This document shows, in pieces, positions 15,727 to 26,006 of a DNA stretch of 64,000 bases (position 1 is the first letter of the stretch; the number at the start of each line of letters is the position of its first letter). The stretch comes from Desulfuromonadales bacterium (GTDB lineage Bacteria > Desulfobacterota > Desulfuromonadia > Desulfuromonadales > SZUA-540): contig JAWSUS010000003.1 of assembly GCA_033549025.1 (NCBI GenBank), positions 1 to 64,000 of the forward strand. The letters run 5' to 3'. The notes beneath the pieces are model-generated. The model saw only the letters and a list, made by a program, of their open reading frames with translations, searched no databases and was not told the origin of the DNA. A program made the position numbers and the translations under genes.

Positions 15727-17481
15727 ATGCACAGACATCAAGGAGATGATGCCGTGCACTGGACGCAATTGCTGGACAGGGTTTTTCGAATCTACTACTT
15801 CTTCAAGTTCTACGCCTTTCGTAAAGAGCGCTTGCAGAAGCGGCGCTCGGGGCTCTCGACAGGTTTTGTCGGCATCCAGCTTGACGGTCTCTCCACCAGC
15901 CATCTCAAACAGGCCCTTGAGAAGGGGTATCTTCCCAATATTGAACGACACCTCTCAAGGGGCTACGGGCTAAAACAGTACCAGGCCGGTCTGCCCAGCA
16001 CCACGCCCGCCGCCCAAGCCACCATATTTTACGGCGTTGAGGAAGGCATCCCCGCTTTCCGATGGTTTGATAAAAAATCCGGGCAGTTGTTCAGCTGCAA
16101 CGACATCGACCACGTACAGAAATTCAGAGGGCAGCTGTTCGACGGTCGCTCCGGACTGCTCGAAGGCGGCTCATCCTACTCCAACATTTTAGATGGCGGT
16201 GCCGCCCGCAGCGTCTTCACCGTCTCCTCCCCTCACCCGCAGACCCTCTTCGGTCGCTTTGGCGGCTCTCGCATCCTTCTCCTACTCGTACTTCATCCGC
16301 TGCGCGTCTGTCGGATGATGTTCGCCTCGGTCCTTGAGTATTTCATGGAAATCTATGACCGCTGGCATTTCGCCAAAACCAGGCCCTGGAAGGTGAGTGA
16401 AGGGCTCTTCCCTTTCATCCGCATTTTCTGCAACGTGATTCTTCGCGAACTTCAGACGTTCGGGGTCATTGCCGACATCTATGCCGGAGTCCCCTATATC
16501 TACACAACTTACAGCGGTTATGATGAACTGGCGCACCATTTTGGCCCCGCCTCGCATCAGGCTCTCAAAAATCTCAAGTACACGGACAAGCGCATTGGCG
16601 AAATCATGCGGATGCTGCGCCATGCGCCCGGGGGACGCTATGAACTCATTATCCTCTCCGACCATGGCCAGACGCCGGGCTACCCCTTCCGGGACCGGTT
16701 CGGGGCGACCCTGGGAGAGGCCGTGAGCGCCTTCCTGCGCGAAAACCAGGAGGCTACCGTCTCCAGCGGCCCCCTGGAATTCACCCACCTCCAACTGGGA
16801 TACCTTGAGGAAGAACTGGATAGCCCGAAAGGCTGGCGCCATCAGGTCTACCGTGCCAGTAAAAAGTTTTTTCAGCGTCGCATCAATGCCCTCGTTCCCG
16901 AAACCCTGAAAGTTGACCCGGAGGGTGGTATCGTCATCACCTACTCCAGCTCTTTGGCCCACCTCTACTTGACCGGAACGCCCCAGAGGCTCCATTGGTG
17001 CGAGCTGGAGGCCCAGCAGCCTTTGCTGTTGCAGTTTTTGTCACAACACAAGGGAATTGGGTTTTTCATCGCCAGAGGCAAAGACGGACAGGTCTGCTTC
17101 TTTCACCGCCACGGACGGCTCTGTGCGCAGCCCGACCAAGTCCCTGACCAATCGCAACTGTCTTTCCTGGCCCCTTACGGCGCCCCTGAAAAGATATTTC
17201 CGGAGCTGTGTCGTTTTGCCAATCAGGAGAGTTGCGGGGACCTGATCCTGTTCGGGGCGTACGATGGAAACAGGATCGTCTGTTTTGATGATCAGGTCGG
17301 AGGGCATGGCTCGGTAGGCGGTGAGCAGCTGGAACCCTTTCTCATTCTGCCCAACGGACACCCCCTGCTGACCAGAGAGAATCTGGCCGGCTACCAGTTT
17401 CTTTACCAGGACGTATTTCTGCCGTACCGGGCCAAGGAACCGTTTCAGATAAACTCGGCAGGCGAGAATAGCGTTCGATGA
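15727..17481 (+). CDS. Alkaline phosphatase / nucleotide pyrophosphatase superfamily protein
   Basis: IQLDGLS, LPSTTP, YDELAHHFG, ILSDHG and GGHG metal-binding motifs. Confidence 0.8.
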   Translation: MHRHQGDDAVHWTQLLDRVFRIYYFFKFYAFRKERLQKRRSGLSTGFVGIQLDGLSTSHLKQALEKGYLPNIERHLSRGYGLKQYQAGLPSTTPAAQATIFYGVEEGIPAFRWFDKKSGQLFSCNDIDHVQKFRGQLFDGRSGLLEGGSSYSNILDGGAARSVFTVSSPHPQTLFGRFGGSRILLLLVLHPLRVCRMMFASVLEYFMEIYDRWHFAKTRPWKVSEGLFPFIRIFCNVILRELQTFGVIADIYAGVPYIYTTYSGYDELAHHFGPASHQALKNLKYTDKRIGEIMRMLRHAPGGRYELIILSDHGQTPGYPFRDRFGATLGEAVSAFLRENQEATVSSGPLEFTHLQLGYLEEELDSPKGWRHQVYRASKKFFQRRINALVPETLKVDPEGGIVITYSSSLAHLYLTGTPQRLHWCELEAQQPLLLQFLSQHKGIGFFIARGKDGQVCFFHRHGRLCAQPDQVPDQSQLSFLAPYGAPEKIFPELCRFANQESCGDLILFGAYDGNRIVCFDDQVGGHGSVGGEQLEPFLILPNGHPLLTRENLAGYQFLYQDVFLPYRAKEPFQINSAGENSVR

Positions 17482-17497
17482 CGTGGACTAAGCCACC

Positions 17498-18709
17498 CTA
17501 GGCTTCCTGCTTTACGCTGATGACGTATTTCAGATAGCGCCCCTCCGGGAAGGTGACGGGATAGGGAAAATCGGCTGACTGTCCCGCCAACTTGATTACC
17601 CTGAGCTCGCAACCGCCCTGCAATGCGCCGCGCCTCAATTCCTTGAGATAGTCAGCGACTTCCATCTTCTGCAGATTGGAGGAGGTGATAAGCAGCCCAC
17701 CATCCACCAGGAGACGCGAAGCCAGGGCAACCAGGTCTGAAGTTCCCTTGCGGGTCGTGAACCGGCTTTTGCTGGTGGTGGAAAAGCTGGGGGGATCCAT
17801 GACGATGACATCGTAACTGCGCCCCTGTCGCTCGAGATCCTGCAGAACAGCATAGCAATCGCCGGCAATAAATTCATGCCGCTTGGCGTTGAGGCGATTG
17901 ATGCCGAAATTCTCCCGGGCCCAATCAAGATAGGACTCTGACACATCGACGCTGGTTACTTTGGCCGCATCGGCAACTGCCGCCGCTACGGAAAACGCAC
18001 CCGTGTAGGCAAACAGGTTAAGAACACGCGCCCCCTTGACTCGGCCCATGAGATCGACTCGATTCTCACGCTGATCGAGGAAGAGTCCGGTATTGAGCCC
18101 TTCCCCCAAATCCACCAGGAAATTCAGGCCACTCTCAAGAACAGCCAGTTTCCCCGAGACCGGCTCTCCCCGAAGAAGGCGACTCATTTTTTTATCATCC
18201 CGGCTGGCGGCAAGATTGCGGGTGTCCTGGGGCCGGGGTTTTTCATAAATACCGCGTGGACTGCACAGCTTCTGGAGCACTTCGGACAGTAGCCCCAGAT
18301 AGGGCTTCCAGCCTCCGCAATACAGCTGAATCATGAGATGGTCTTTATACCGATCTACGGTGAGTCCAGGCAGAAAATCGCCTTCGCCGTTGATGAGTCG
18401 AAAGGCATTGGTCCCCTCCAGATCGAGATGGTTCTCACGTAGACGCACAGCTTGGCTGACCCTCATTTCGAGCCAGTTTCGATCCAGCTTCATGGGATGT
18501 CGGGAAAGCAGACGGGCGGTGATGCGATCCCCCGGATCACGCATGGCCGTCCCGACAAACCCGCCGTTCTCATCAACCAGAGCGACAATATCGCCAGCAC
18601 GACCTGTGGCCCACCTTTTGGTGTAGCGGTCCGCAATGACCCACGGGTGCCCCAGTTCAACCATTCTCACTGTTTCGGGTCCTACGATGAACCCAGCGTC
18701 TTTTGCCAC
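17498..18709 (-). CDS. RlmI/RlmK-like class I SAM-dependent rRNA methyltransferase
   Basis: GHPWV PUA domain, RLINGEGDFLPGL, TGLFLDQRENR, LNLFAYTGAFS, DPPSF; GTG start after GGAGG. Confidence 0.88.
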   Translation of the reverse strand: MAKDAGFIVGPETVRMVELGHPWVIADRYTKRWATGRAGDIVALVDENGGFVGTAMRDPGDRITARLLSRHPMKLDRNWLEMRVSQAVRLRENHLDLEGTNAFRLINGEGDFLPGLTVDRYKDHLMIQLYCGGWKPYLGLLSEVLQKLCSPRGIYEKPRPQDTRNLAASRDDKKMSRLLRGEPVSGKLAVLESGLNFLVDLGEGLNTGLFLDQRENRVDLMGRVKGARVLNLFAYTGAFSVAAAVADAAKVTSVDVSESYLDWARENFGINRLNAKRHEFIAGDCYAVLQDLERQGRSYDVIVMDPPSFSTTSKSRFTTRKGTSDLVALASRLLVDGGLLITSSNLQKMEVADYLKELRRGALQGGCELRVIKLAGQSADFPYPVTFPEGRYLKYVISVKQEA

Positions 18710-18866
18710 ATCGCCTCCTGCCCAAAGATCCCTACTGAAACCGGCCTGAATATTTGCGCGACATTGTACTGACATCGCCAGAAGGAGCCAAGGCAATTCT
18801 ACTTCACCAACCCCCATCCATATGCTAGACTTCGGCGCCTGAAGATATGCAGACGAAGGAGAGGAC

Positions 18867-19526
18867 ATGAACGACGCCCCCAAAACATCCGGTGAAATCC
18901 ATATCGAACGACTCATGCAGGAGCTTGATCCCGGCTCGGAACGCTATCGAGTGCTGGATGTGGCTAAACGATTCAAGTCATCCTGGGTTGAATTAGGGGA
19001 GCAGCTGTTGTTGGTCAGTCGCGAAAAACTTTTCAGCCACTGGGGTTATTCCTCCTTTGAGGAATACTGTTCTCGTGAAGTCCGTATTAAAAAACCGACG
19101 GCAGAAAAACTCACGCTGGCTTATCGTTACCTGGAAAAAGAGGAACCGGCACTTCTGGCCCGCAAGGGTGAACTGAAACCCTTGCCCGACTTCCGTTCCA
19201 TCGACCTTCTTCGCCAAGCCCGGGAGGAGCAGAATTTCCCTCCAGAAGAATTCGACGCCCTGCGCACGGCAGTTATCGAGCAGGACCGTAGTCTCCCAAC
19301 CGTTCGCAAGCAGTTTCGGGAAGTTACCAGCGCCAGAAAAGACCCCGACCAAACGCTGGCCGAGAACTGCAAAACGGCCCTAAGCGCAACCCGGCGCCTT
19401 GCCACCATTCTGGGTGAAGTTCCTGACTTGTCCAGTGCGCACGTTGACAACCTGACACAATTAATGACAGATCTTGAAACCCTTCTGGCCACGCTTATGC
19501 CCGCCACCGCGACAGAAGATCCCTAG
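18867..19526 (+). CDS. Hypothetical protein
   Basis: 219-aa ORF with GGAGAGG RBS; WGYSSFEEYC motif. Confidence 0.75.
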   Translation: MNDAPKTSGEIHIERLMQELDPGSERYRVLDVAKRFKSSWVELGEQLLLVSREKLFSHWGYSSFEEYCSREVRIKKPTAEKLTLAYRYLEKEEPALLARKGELKPLPDFRSIDLLRQAREEQNFPPEEFDALRTAVIEQDRSLPTVRKQFREVTSARKDPDQTLAENCKTALSATRRLATILGEVPDLSSAHVDNLTQLMTDLETLLATLMPATATEDP

Positions 19527-19721
19527 CCAAGAGCCGGCCAAACAAGCCTTTTCAAGAGCCTTAGTTCATGCTATTCTCCGCCAAATTTTTGCTTTTCGAA
19601 TAAAATTTCTTTGTTCTCGTGAGGCGAAAATATCTTAACCTGTTAAAGTTTTGAAAAACAAAAAGCGACATCCGTTTTCAGGAAATACTGCCTTCAGATC
19701 ATGCAAAGGGCCGGAAGAACC

Positions 19722-20510
19722 ATGAAAAATAACTTCAAAAACAAGGTAAGAGAGCAGTTTGGCAGAACGGCCGATGGCTATGTCAGGGATCGGGGTTTCG
19801 CCCGAGGAGATGACCTGGCTGAAGCCGACCGCCTCCTCAAGCCAACGCCTGACGACATTCTCCTGGATGTCGCCTGCGGTGGGGGCCATACGGCCCTCTA
19901 CTTCGCCCCCAAAGTTCGCAGCGTTGTCGCTTCCGACCTTACCATGCAGATGCTGAAAAAAGCCCAGGAGTATATCAGCGAGGAAGGTGGGGTCGAAAAT
20001 GTCACCTTTCGTGAAGCGGACGCAGAGGATCTGCCCTTTCCGTCTGGGGCCTTTACTCTTCTCACTTGCCGAATCGCTCCGCACCATTTCCCTGATGTTC
20101 CTCGGGCCGTCAGGGAGTTTTTTCGTGTTCTGCGGCGAGGCGGTCGCATGGTCATCATAGATACCCTGCTGCCGGACGACCCTGAAATCGCTGATTTCTA
20201 CCAAGCCATGGAGAAGATGCGGGACCCGACCCACGTGCAGGCCTATACCCGCTCGCAATGGGTTCAGATGCTTGAAGAAGCCGGATTCACCGTCCATGAA
20301 ACTCTGACGATTCCCAAAACCCACGACTTCCCCGTGTGGGCTAAGCGGGCCGGGCTAGGCAGAACCGGAGTGCAGCAATTGAATAAATTCTTCATTGAAG
20401 CACCGGCTGCCGTACACGACTATTTCCAAATCGAGACTTTTGCAGGCGAAGTCGAGAGCTATACGGATCAGAAAATCCTTCTCTACGCAACCCGCCCCGA
20501 CAAGAAATAG
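19722..20510 (+). CDS. Class I SAM-dependent methyltransferase (UbiE-like, type 11)
   Basis: LLDVACGGGH, DAEDLPF, CRIAPHHFPD, RDPTH. Confidence 0.88.
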   Translation: MKNNFKNKVREQFGRTADGYVRDRGFARGDDLAEADRLLKPTPDDILLDVACGGGHTALYFAPKVRSVVASDLTMQMLKKAQEYISEEGGVENVTFREADAEDLPFPSGAFTLLTCRIAPHHFPDVPRAVREFFRVLRRGGRMVIIDTLLPDDPEIADFYQAMEKMRDPTHVQAYTRSQWVQMLEEAGFTVHETLTIPKTHDFPVWAKRAGLGRTGVQQLNKFFIEAPAAVHDYFQIETFAGEVESYTDQKILLYATRPDKK

Positions 20511-20650
20511 CGTCAGCTCCCACCCAACCCAACCGCCTTCTCCAAGGACCGTCCCTACGGTCCTTTTTTCATTCCCCCAAAAAAACAGGGGGTGTCTTTC
20601 GACACCCCCATGAAATAGCAAGAAAATCAGAAACAGATGTTTCTGACGAA

Positions 20651-21964
20651 TTACTTGATGCCGGCAGCATCCTCCAGCATAGCCGTGGTAACAGACTTGG
20701 GACGCTCGATGGCATAGCCGAGAGCGCGGTCCCAGGTGATGTTGGCCAGGCAGCCAAGAGCACGCCCCACACCGAACAGAACTGTGTAGAAGTCATACTC
20801 GGTGACGCCGTAGTACCACTGGATAACACCGGACTGTGCGTCAACGTTCGGCCAGGGGTTCTTGGCCTTGCCGTGCTTGAGCAGAACGTCGGGAGCTACT
20901 TCGAAGATCATGGAAACCAGCTGGAAGAGCGGGTATTCCTTCAGGCCCGGAGTCTTGAGGCAGAACTCACGCTGGGAAGTGTAGCGGGGATCGGTCTTGC
21001 GCAGAACGGCATGGCCGTAACCGGGGATAACCTGACCGCTGTTGAGGGTGTCCCACAGGGCCTTTTCGAGCTCTTCCTTGGTGGGAACCTTGCCACCCAA
21101 CTTGTCCATGAAATTCTGAGTCCAGGACAGAACTTCCTGGTTGGCCAGACCATGCAGAGGGCCAGCCAGACCGTTGATGCCGGCTGCGTAGGAATAGTAG
21201 GCGTCGGACAGAGCCGAAGCGACCAGGTGAGTCGTATGGGCAGAGACGTTGCCGGACTCGTGGTCGGAGTGCAGGATGAAGTACATGCGGGCAACATCGT
21301 CATAAGGCTTTTCGACGCCCATCATGTGAGCGAAGTTACCGCCCATATCGAGGTTGGGATCAGCAGGAATGTGGGTGTCGCCTTTGTACTTCATGCGGTA
21401 GATGTAGGCCGCGATGGGGCCGAGTTTCGCCATCAGTTCGTTGGCGTCCTCGTACATATCTTCCCAGCAGGTCATCTTGTTGAATTTGCCGGCGGCGTAG
21501 TTCTTGGCGAAGACGGAGTCACGCTGCATGGCAACGATAGCAGCGGAGAACATGGCCATCGGATGGGAGTCGCGAGGAAGAGCCCGCAGCACGTCAATGA
21601 CATAGGCGGGGATCTGGGAGCGCTTCTTCCAGTCAGCCACGACTTCCTTGGTCTGCTCCATGGTGGGAACGTCGCCAGTCAGCAGCATCCACCAGAAACC
21701 CTCGACATAAGGATAGTCGGAACCGGGAACCTTGGGCAGAGCAGCGAAAGTCTCAGGAATGGTCTTGCCACGGAAGCGAATGCCTTCCATGGGATCGAGG
21801 TAAGAAATGTCGGTTACAAGACACTTGATGCCGCGGGCGCCACCAATGGCCTGCGAAATGGTAACATCACCCAGCTTGACATCGCCGAATTCCTTGACGA
21901 GCCGGGTGGTGCGGGGACGGTGCTCTTCGATCTTCTTGCGCAGAGTCTCCTTCAGTGTGGACAT
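20651..21964 (-). CDS. gltA: Citrate synthase, eukaryote-like type
   Basis: HSDHESGNVSAH, GLAGPLHGLANQEV, VIPGYGHAVLRKTDPR, NPWPNVDA, IERPKS. Confidence 0.96.
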   Translation of the reverse strand: MSTLKETLRKKIEEHRPRTTRLVKEFGDVKLGDVTISQAIGGARGIKCLVTDISYLDPMEGIRFRGKTIPETFAALPKVPGSDYPYVEGFWWMLLTGDVPTMEQTKEVVADWKKRSQIPAYVIDVLRALPRDSHPMAMFSAAIVAMQRDSVFAKNYAAGKFNKMTCWEDMYEDANELMAKLGPIAAYIYRMKYKGDTHIPADPNLDMGGNFAHMMGVEKPYDDVARMYFILHSDHESGNVSAHTTHLVASALSDAYYSYAAGINGLAGPLHGLANQEVLSWTQNFMDKLGGKVPTKEELEKALWDTLNSGQVIPGYGHAVLRKTDPRYTSQREFCLKTPGLKEYPLFQLVSMIFEVAPDVLLKHGKAKNPWPNVDAQSGVIQWYYGVTEYDFYTVLFGVGRALGCLANITWDRALGYAIERPKSVTTAMLEDAAGIK

Positions 21965-22292
21965 GTTCTCTCTCCTTTAGTGAAATGAAATGCGATGAAC
22001 CGGACGGTTCACCAACCCAAAAGGCCCCAGACTATTTCAACCAAACCGCCCGAAAGGCGGCAACAATAAACGGAAGAGGTGTTGCGAAAACGAAGATAAG
22101 AAGGGGGCTTCACCCTGCTTTTTCCTTCATTTTCAAAAAATGTTCTAACAAACTCAAGAGGAGGCTGTCAAGCCAATTCTGTATACAGTATGCCGACCAA
22201 GCTAAACACTAGCCCATCTCACTTTGAAGTCAAGAACAGCGCACTGTTTTTTCTTGCTTTCACCAACAGCCATGATAGTATGCCTAAAATTT

Positions 22293-23279
22293 ATGCAAAA
22301 AAACATTTCTTTCTCAAATCTACAATTGAAAAACAATCTGATTCTGGCTCCGATGGCCGGCATCACCGACCTTCCCTACCGTCTCATCATGAAGGAGTTC
22401 GGAGCAGGCCTCGTCTTCACTGAAATGGTGAGCGCCAACGGTCTTATTCGTGACGGGGTGCGGACACGAGAGCTTCTGCGATCGACACCCGAAGAAAGAC
22501 CTCTGGGAATCCAGCTCTTCGCTGATTCACCGGCTGTTCTGGCCCGCGCCGCGGCCATGGTCAGCGAGGATGGTGAACTGATCGACGTCAACATGGGCTG
22601 CCCCGTGAAAAAAGTGGTTCGCTCAGGAGCTGGCAGCGCCTTGTTGCAGAACCCCATTTTGATCGGAAAAATCGTGGCGGCCGTTCGTAAGGCCACCCCC
22701 TTGCCTCTCACGGTCAAAATCCGCTCCGGCTGGGATCAGCAGACCATCAATTACCTTGAGATCGGTCGCATTGCCGAGGAAGAAGGAGCGGACGGCCTGG
22801 TTCTGCACCCGCGAACCCGCAGCCAGGGCTTCAGTGGACACTCGGACTGGCAACACATCCGTCAACTGAAGGAACAATCCCGTATTCCCGTCATCGGCAG
22901 CGGCGACATTTTTTCCGCCGCTGATGCCCTTGACATGCTGGAGACAACGGGCTGCGACGGCATCATGATCGGACGGGGAGGCTATGGCAACCCCTGGCTT
23001 TTCAAGGAAATCGCCGCCGCCCTCGCAGGCGACTTCCTGCCGCCGCCTGCGGCGGAAGAACGTTTGCGGGTTGCCCGCAAGCACCTTGATCTCTATGTTG
23101 ACCTGTTCGGAAACTACAAGGCAGTCATGGATATGCGCAAGCATCTGTGCTGGTATGTCCGCGGCCTCAGCGGCGCGGCACAATTTCGCCAGGCCATTAA
23201 CAAGACGGGAAATCTTGACGACATGAAAGATCTTTTGGAATCTTTTTTAACCGCGAACCCCGAGGGAGCTGCCAGCTGA
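22293..23279 (+). CDS. dusB: tRNA-dihydrouridine synthase B
   Basis: LAPMAGITD, TEMVS, DVNMGCP, TVKIRSGW, HPRT, GIMIGRG. Confidence 0.93.
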   Translation: MQKNISFSNLQLKNNLILAPMAGITDLPYRLIMKEFGAGLVFTEMVSANGLIRDGVRTRELLRSTPEERPLGIQLFADSPAVLARAAAMVSEDGELIDVNMGCPVKKVVRSGAGSALLQNPILIGKIVAAVRKATPLPLTVKIRSGWDQQTINYLEIGRIAEEEGADGLVLHPRTRSQGFSGHSDWQHIRQLKEQSRIPVIGSGDIFSAADALDMLETTGCDGIMIGRGGYGNPWLFKEIAAALAGDFLPPPAAEERLRVARKHLDLYVDLFGNYKAVMDMRKHLCWYVRGLSGAAQFRQAINKTGNLDDMKDLLESFLTANPEGAAS

Positions 23280-23280
23280 T

Positions 23281-24423
23281 ATGGGCCGTGATCCAGGGCC
23301 ACCGGAAGATCTCCAGTTTTACCTTCGCATTCTGGAGAGTATCGACCGGGGCGTCATTGCCATAAACCGTCGCGAGCGGATATCCTTCATCAATCCGGCG
23401 GCTCAGGCCTTTGTCGGGCTCTCGGAGCGACAGGGGGTGGGACGCCACTACGAACAAATCTTTAATGGGCAGCCCGGCGTGATCCGCCTGATTCAAACGG
23501 CCCTGCGCGAAGGAAGGTCGATTTCCGATCACGAGAACATTTTCCTCAACCGGCCCGGCATGTCTTCTCTTCCCGTAAGCCTGTCCTGCGCCCCGATCTT
23601 TACCCCCCAGGGTGAACAGGATGGCGCGGTACTTATCCTCAGGGACCTGAGCCGGGTCAGAGAGCTTGAAGACGCCGTACGACAGACCGACCGACTCGGC
23701 ATGCTGTCGACTCTTGCTGCCGGTCTGGCCCACGAGATAAAAAATCCTCTGGGGGGCATCAAGGGCGCCTCTCAACTTCTGGTCATGGAGCTCCCCGAGG
23801 ATAGTCCTTTGCAGGAATATGCCCGGATCATGACGCGAGAGGCGGAAAGAATCAACCGCATCATCGAAGAACTCATGGACCTGACTTGTCCCCGGTTGCC
23901 TGTGCTTGAAGAAGTGAATCTGGCTCAGGTCATCCGAGACATCGTCATTTTTCAGCAGGAAGCTCAACGAGACAAGAAACTCGACTTTGTCTTGCGACTC
24001 GACCCAAGCATCCCACCCATCCTGGGAGACCGCGATCTGCTAACGCAGCTTTTCTTGAATCTGATCAAGAATGCCGCCGAAGCGATTGATGAAAAGGGCC
24101 GGATTGAAATCACCACCCGAGTCGCGTCGGATTTCCATCTGACCCAGACAGGAACCAGGCCTGTCCCCCTGATTGTGGTGGAAGTGACTGACAATGGCAA
24201 AGGGATAGCCCCTGACCTGGTCGACAAGGTGTTCACTCCTTTTTTCACGACCAAAACCAAAGGGACCGGACTGGGCCTGGCTACCTGCCAGAAAATCGTC
24301 CGACAACATCAGGGATTTCTCAAGGTAGCCAGCACTGCAGGTCAGGGGACCACCTTCTCCGTCTCCCTGCCGTTCATCCGTCAGTCGAAAGACCGGGACG
24401 AGGCGGCAAAAGCGGAAAACTGA
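23281..24423 (+). CDS. ntrB: PAS sensor histidine kinase, NtrB-like
   Basis: AHEIKNPLGGIKGASQLL H-box, PFFTTK, GTGLGL; dusB-ntrB-ntrC synteny. Confidence 0.85.
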   Translation: MGRDPGPPEDLQFYLRILESIDRGVIAINRRERISFINPAAQAFVGLSERQGVGRHYEQIFNGQPGVIRLIQTALREGRSISDHENIFLNRPGMSSLPVSLSCAPIFTPQGEQDGAVLILRDLSRVRELEDAVRQTDRLGMLSTLAAGLAHEIKNPLGGIKGASQLLVMELPEDSPLQEYARIMTREAERINRIIEELMDLTCPRLPVLEEVNLAQVIRDIVIFQQEAQRDKKLDFVLRLDPSIPPILGDRDLLTQLFLNLIKNAAEAIDEKGRIEITTRVASDFHLTQTGTRPVPLIVVEVTDNGKGIAPDLVDKVFTPFFTTKTKGTGLGLATCQKIVRQHQGFLKVASTAGQGTTFSVSLPFIRQSKDRDEAAKAEN

Positions 24424-24481
24424 CTAATATCTTTTCTTTAAAACCAATGACGTTACACATCGACAGATCGGGAGAGCAGCC

Positions 24482-25915
24482 ATGCCCATTCGCCGTATTC
24501 TTGTGGCCGATGATGAAGAAAGTATCCGCTGGGTACTTTCTAAAGCTTTGTCCAAAAAAGGCCTGACGGTCGATCTCGCCGCCGATGGTCAGGAGGCGCT
24601 GACCCTCTTCCGGCAGCATCATTACGACCTGGCCATTCTTGACATTAAAATGCCGGAAATAACCGGCCTGGAACTGCTGTCCCGGTTCCACGCCGAAAAT
24701 CCCGCCACACTGGTCATCATCATGACGGCCGAGAACTCCATGAAAAACGCCGTAGACGCCATGAAGGGGGGCGCCTACGACTATATCACCAAGCCTTTTG
24801 ATCTTGACGCGCTGGACGCCACGATCATGAAGGCGGAAAAAGCTTCGACGGTGACCGACGAGGTGCATCGACTACGGGATGAACTGAAAGACCACTACAA
24901 AGTCGACCGAACCATCATCGGCAAAAGCCGGGCCATGCAGGAAACCTACAAAATCCTCGGCAAAATAGCCCCTTCCGACGTGACGGTCCTCATTACTGGC
25001 GAGAGTGGCACCGGCAAGGAACTAATGGCCCGGGCCATCCATTTCAACAGTTCGCGACTGGGCAAGCCTTTTGTCGCCATCAACTGCGCAGCGATCCCGC
25101 GAGATCTGCTGGAGAGCGAACTTTTCGGCTTTGAGAAGGGGGCTTTTACCGGGGCCGTTGAACGCAAAACCGGCAAATTCGAGCAAGCCAATGGTGGCAC
25201 TATTTTTCTGGATGAAATCGGCGACATGCCGCTGGACCTGCAGGCGAAACTCCTGCGCGTCCTCCAGGAAAAGGAAATCACCCGCATGGGAGGGACCGCG
25301 CCAATTTCAGTCGATGTGCGTATCGTGGCCGCCACGAATCAGGACCTGGGCGCCAGGGTGCAGGCACGTGAATTCCGTGAGGATCTCTTCTACCGTCTCA
25401 ATGTCGTGCCGCTCCACCTGTCCCCCTTGCGGGAAAGAAAAGACGACATTCCTCTTCTCGCCGAGTTTTTCATCAGTCGAAGTCGTGAGGAGTTCGGGGT
25501 GAACACCCAGGGATGTACGGCCGACGCCCTCAGCCTTTTGCAGGGCTACAACTGGCCGGGCAATGTGCGGGAACTAGAAAACGCCATTAAACGGGCAGTC
25601 CTACTGTCACCCGATCCGCTCCTTACCCCTGCCGACTTCTCCTTTCTCGCTCCCGTCGGGCCGGAGGAAGACAACGGCAATTCTCTCGAAACCCTAATCG
25701 CCAATAAATTACGTTCCGCCCTTTCGGAGGTTGAAGTCCATGAACTGAACAATCTCTACGAAATGGTCCTTCATCAGATGGAAAGGCCGCTGATCCGCAT
25801 TGTTCTGGAAAAATGTCGCGGCAACCAGGTAAAGGCCGCCGACATTCTCGGCATCAACCGCAACACGTTGCGAAAAAAGATCCAGACCCTGGAGATCGAC
25901 ATCAAAAAGGACTGA
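24482..25915 (+). CDS. ntrC: Sigma54-dependent response regulator, NtrC-like
   Basis: Receiver domain, GESGTGKE, GAFTGA, Fis-type HTH LGINRNTLRKK. Confidence 0.88.
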   Translation: MPIRRILVADDEESIRWVLSKALSKKGLTVDLAADGQEALTLFRQHHYDLAILDIKMPEITGLELLSRFHAENPATLVIIMTAENSMKNAVDAMKGGAYDYITKPFDLDALDATIMKAEKASTVTDEVHRLRDELKDHYKVDRTIIGKSRAMQETYKILGKIAPSDVTVLITGESGTGKELMARAIHFNSSRLGKPFVAINCAAIPRDLLESELFGFEKGAFTGAVERKTGKFEQANGGTIFLDEIGDMPLDLQAKLLRVLQEKEITRMGGTAPISVDVRIVAATNQDLGARVQAREFREDLFYRLNVVPLHLSPLRERKDDIPLLAEFFISRSREEFGVNTQGCTADALSLLQGYNWPGNVRELENAIKRAVLLSPDPLLTPADFSFLAPVGPEEDNGNSLETLIANKLRSALSEVEVHELNNLYEMVLHQMERPLIRIVLEKCRGNQVKAADILGINRNTLRKKIQTLEIDIKKD

Positions 25916-25932
25916 CCACGACCACTTCCTTA

Positions 25933-25990
25933 TCTCGAAATGCAAACAGCCCCCGGAGAACATGTCTTCGGGGGCTGTTTGCATTTCGAG
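25933..25990. terminator. Long hairpin between convergent ntrC and dnaB
   Basis: TCTCGAAATGCAAACAGCCCC ... GGGGCTGTTTGCATTTCGAGA inverted repeat. Confidence 0.75.
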
Positions 25991-26006
25991 ATGGACTGAG
26001 GATGAC

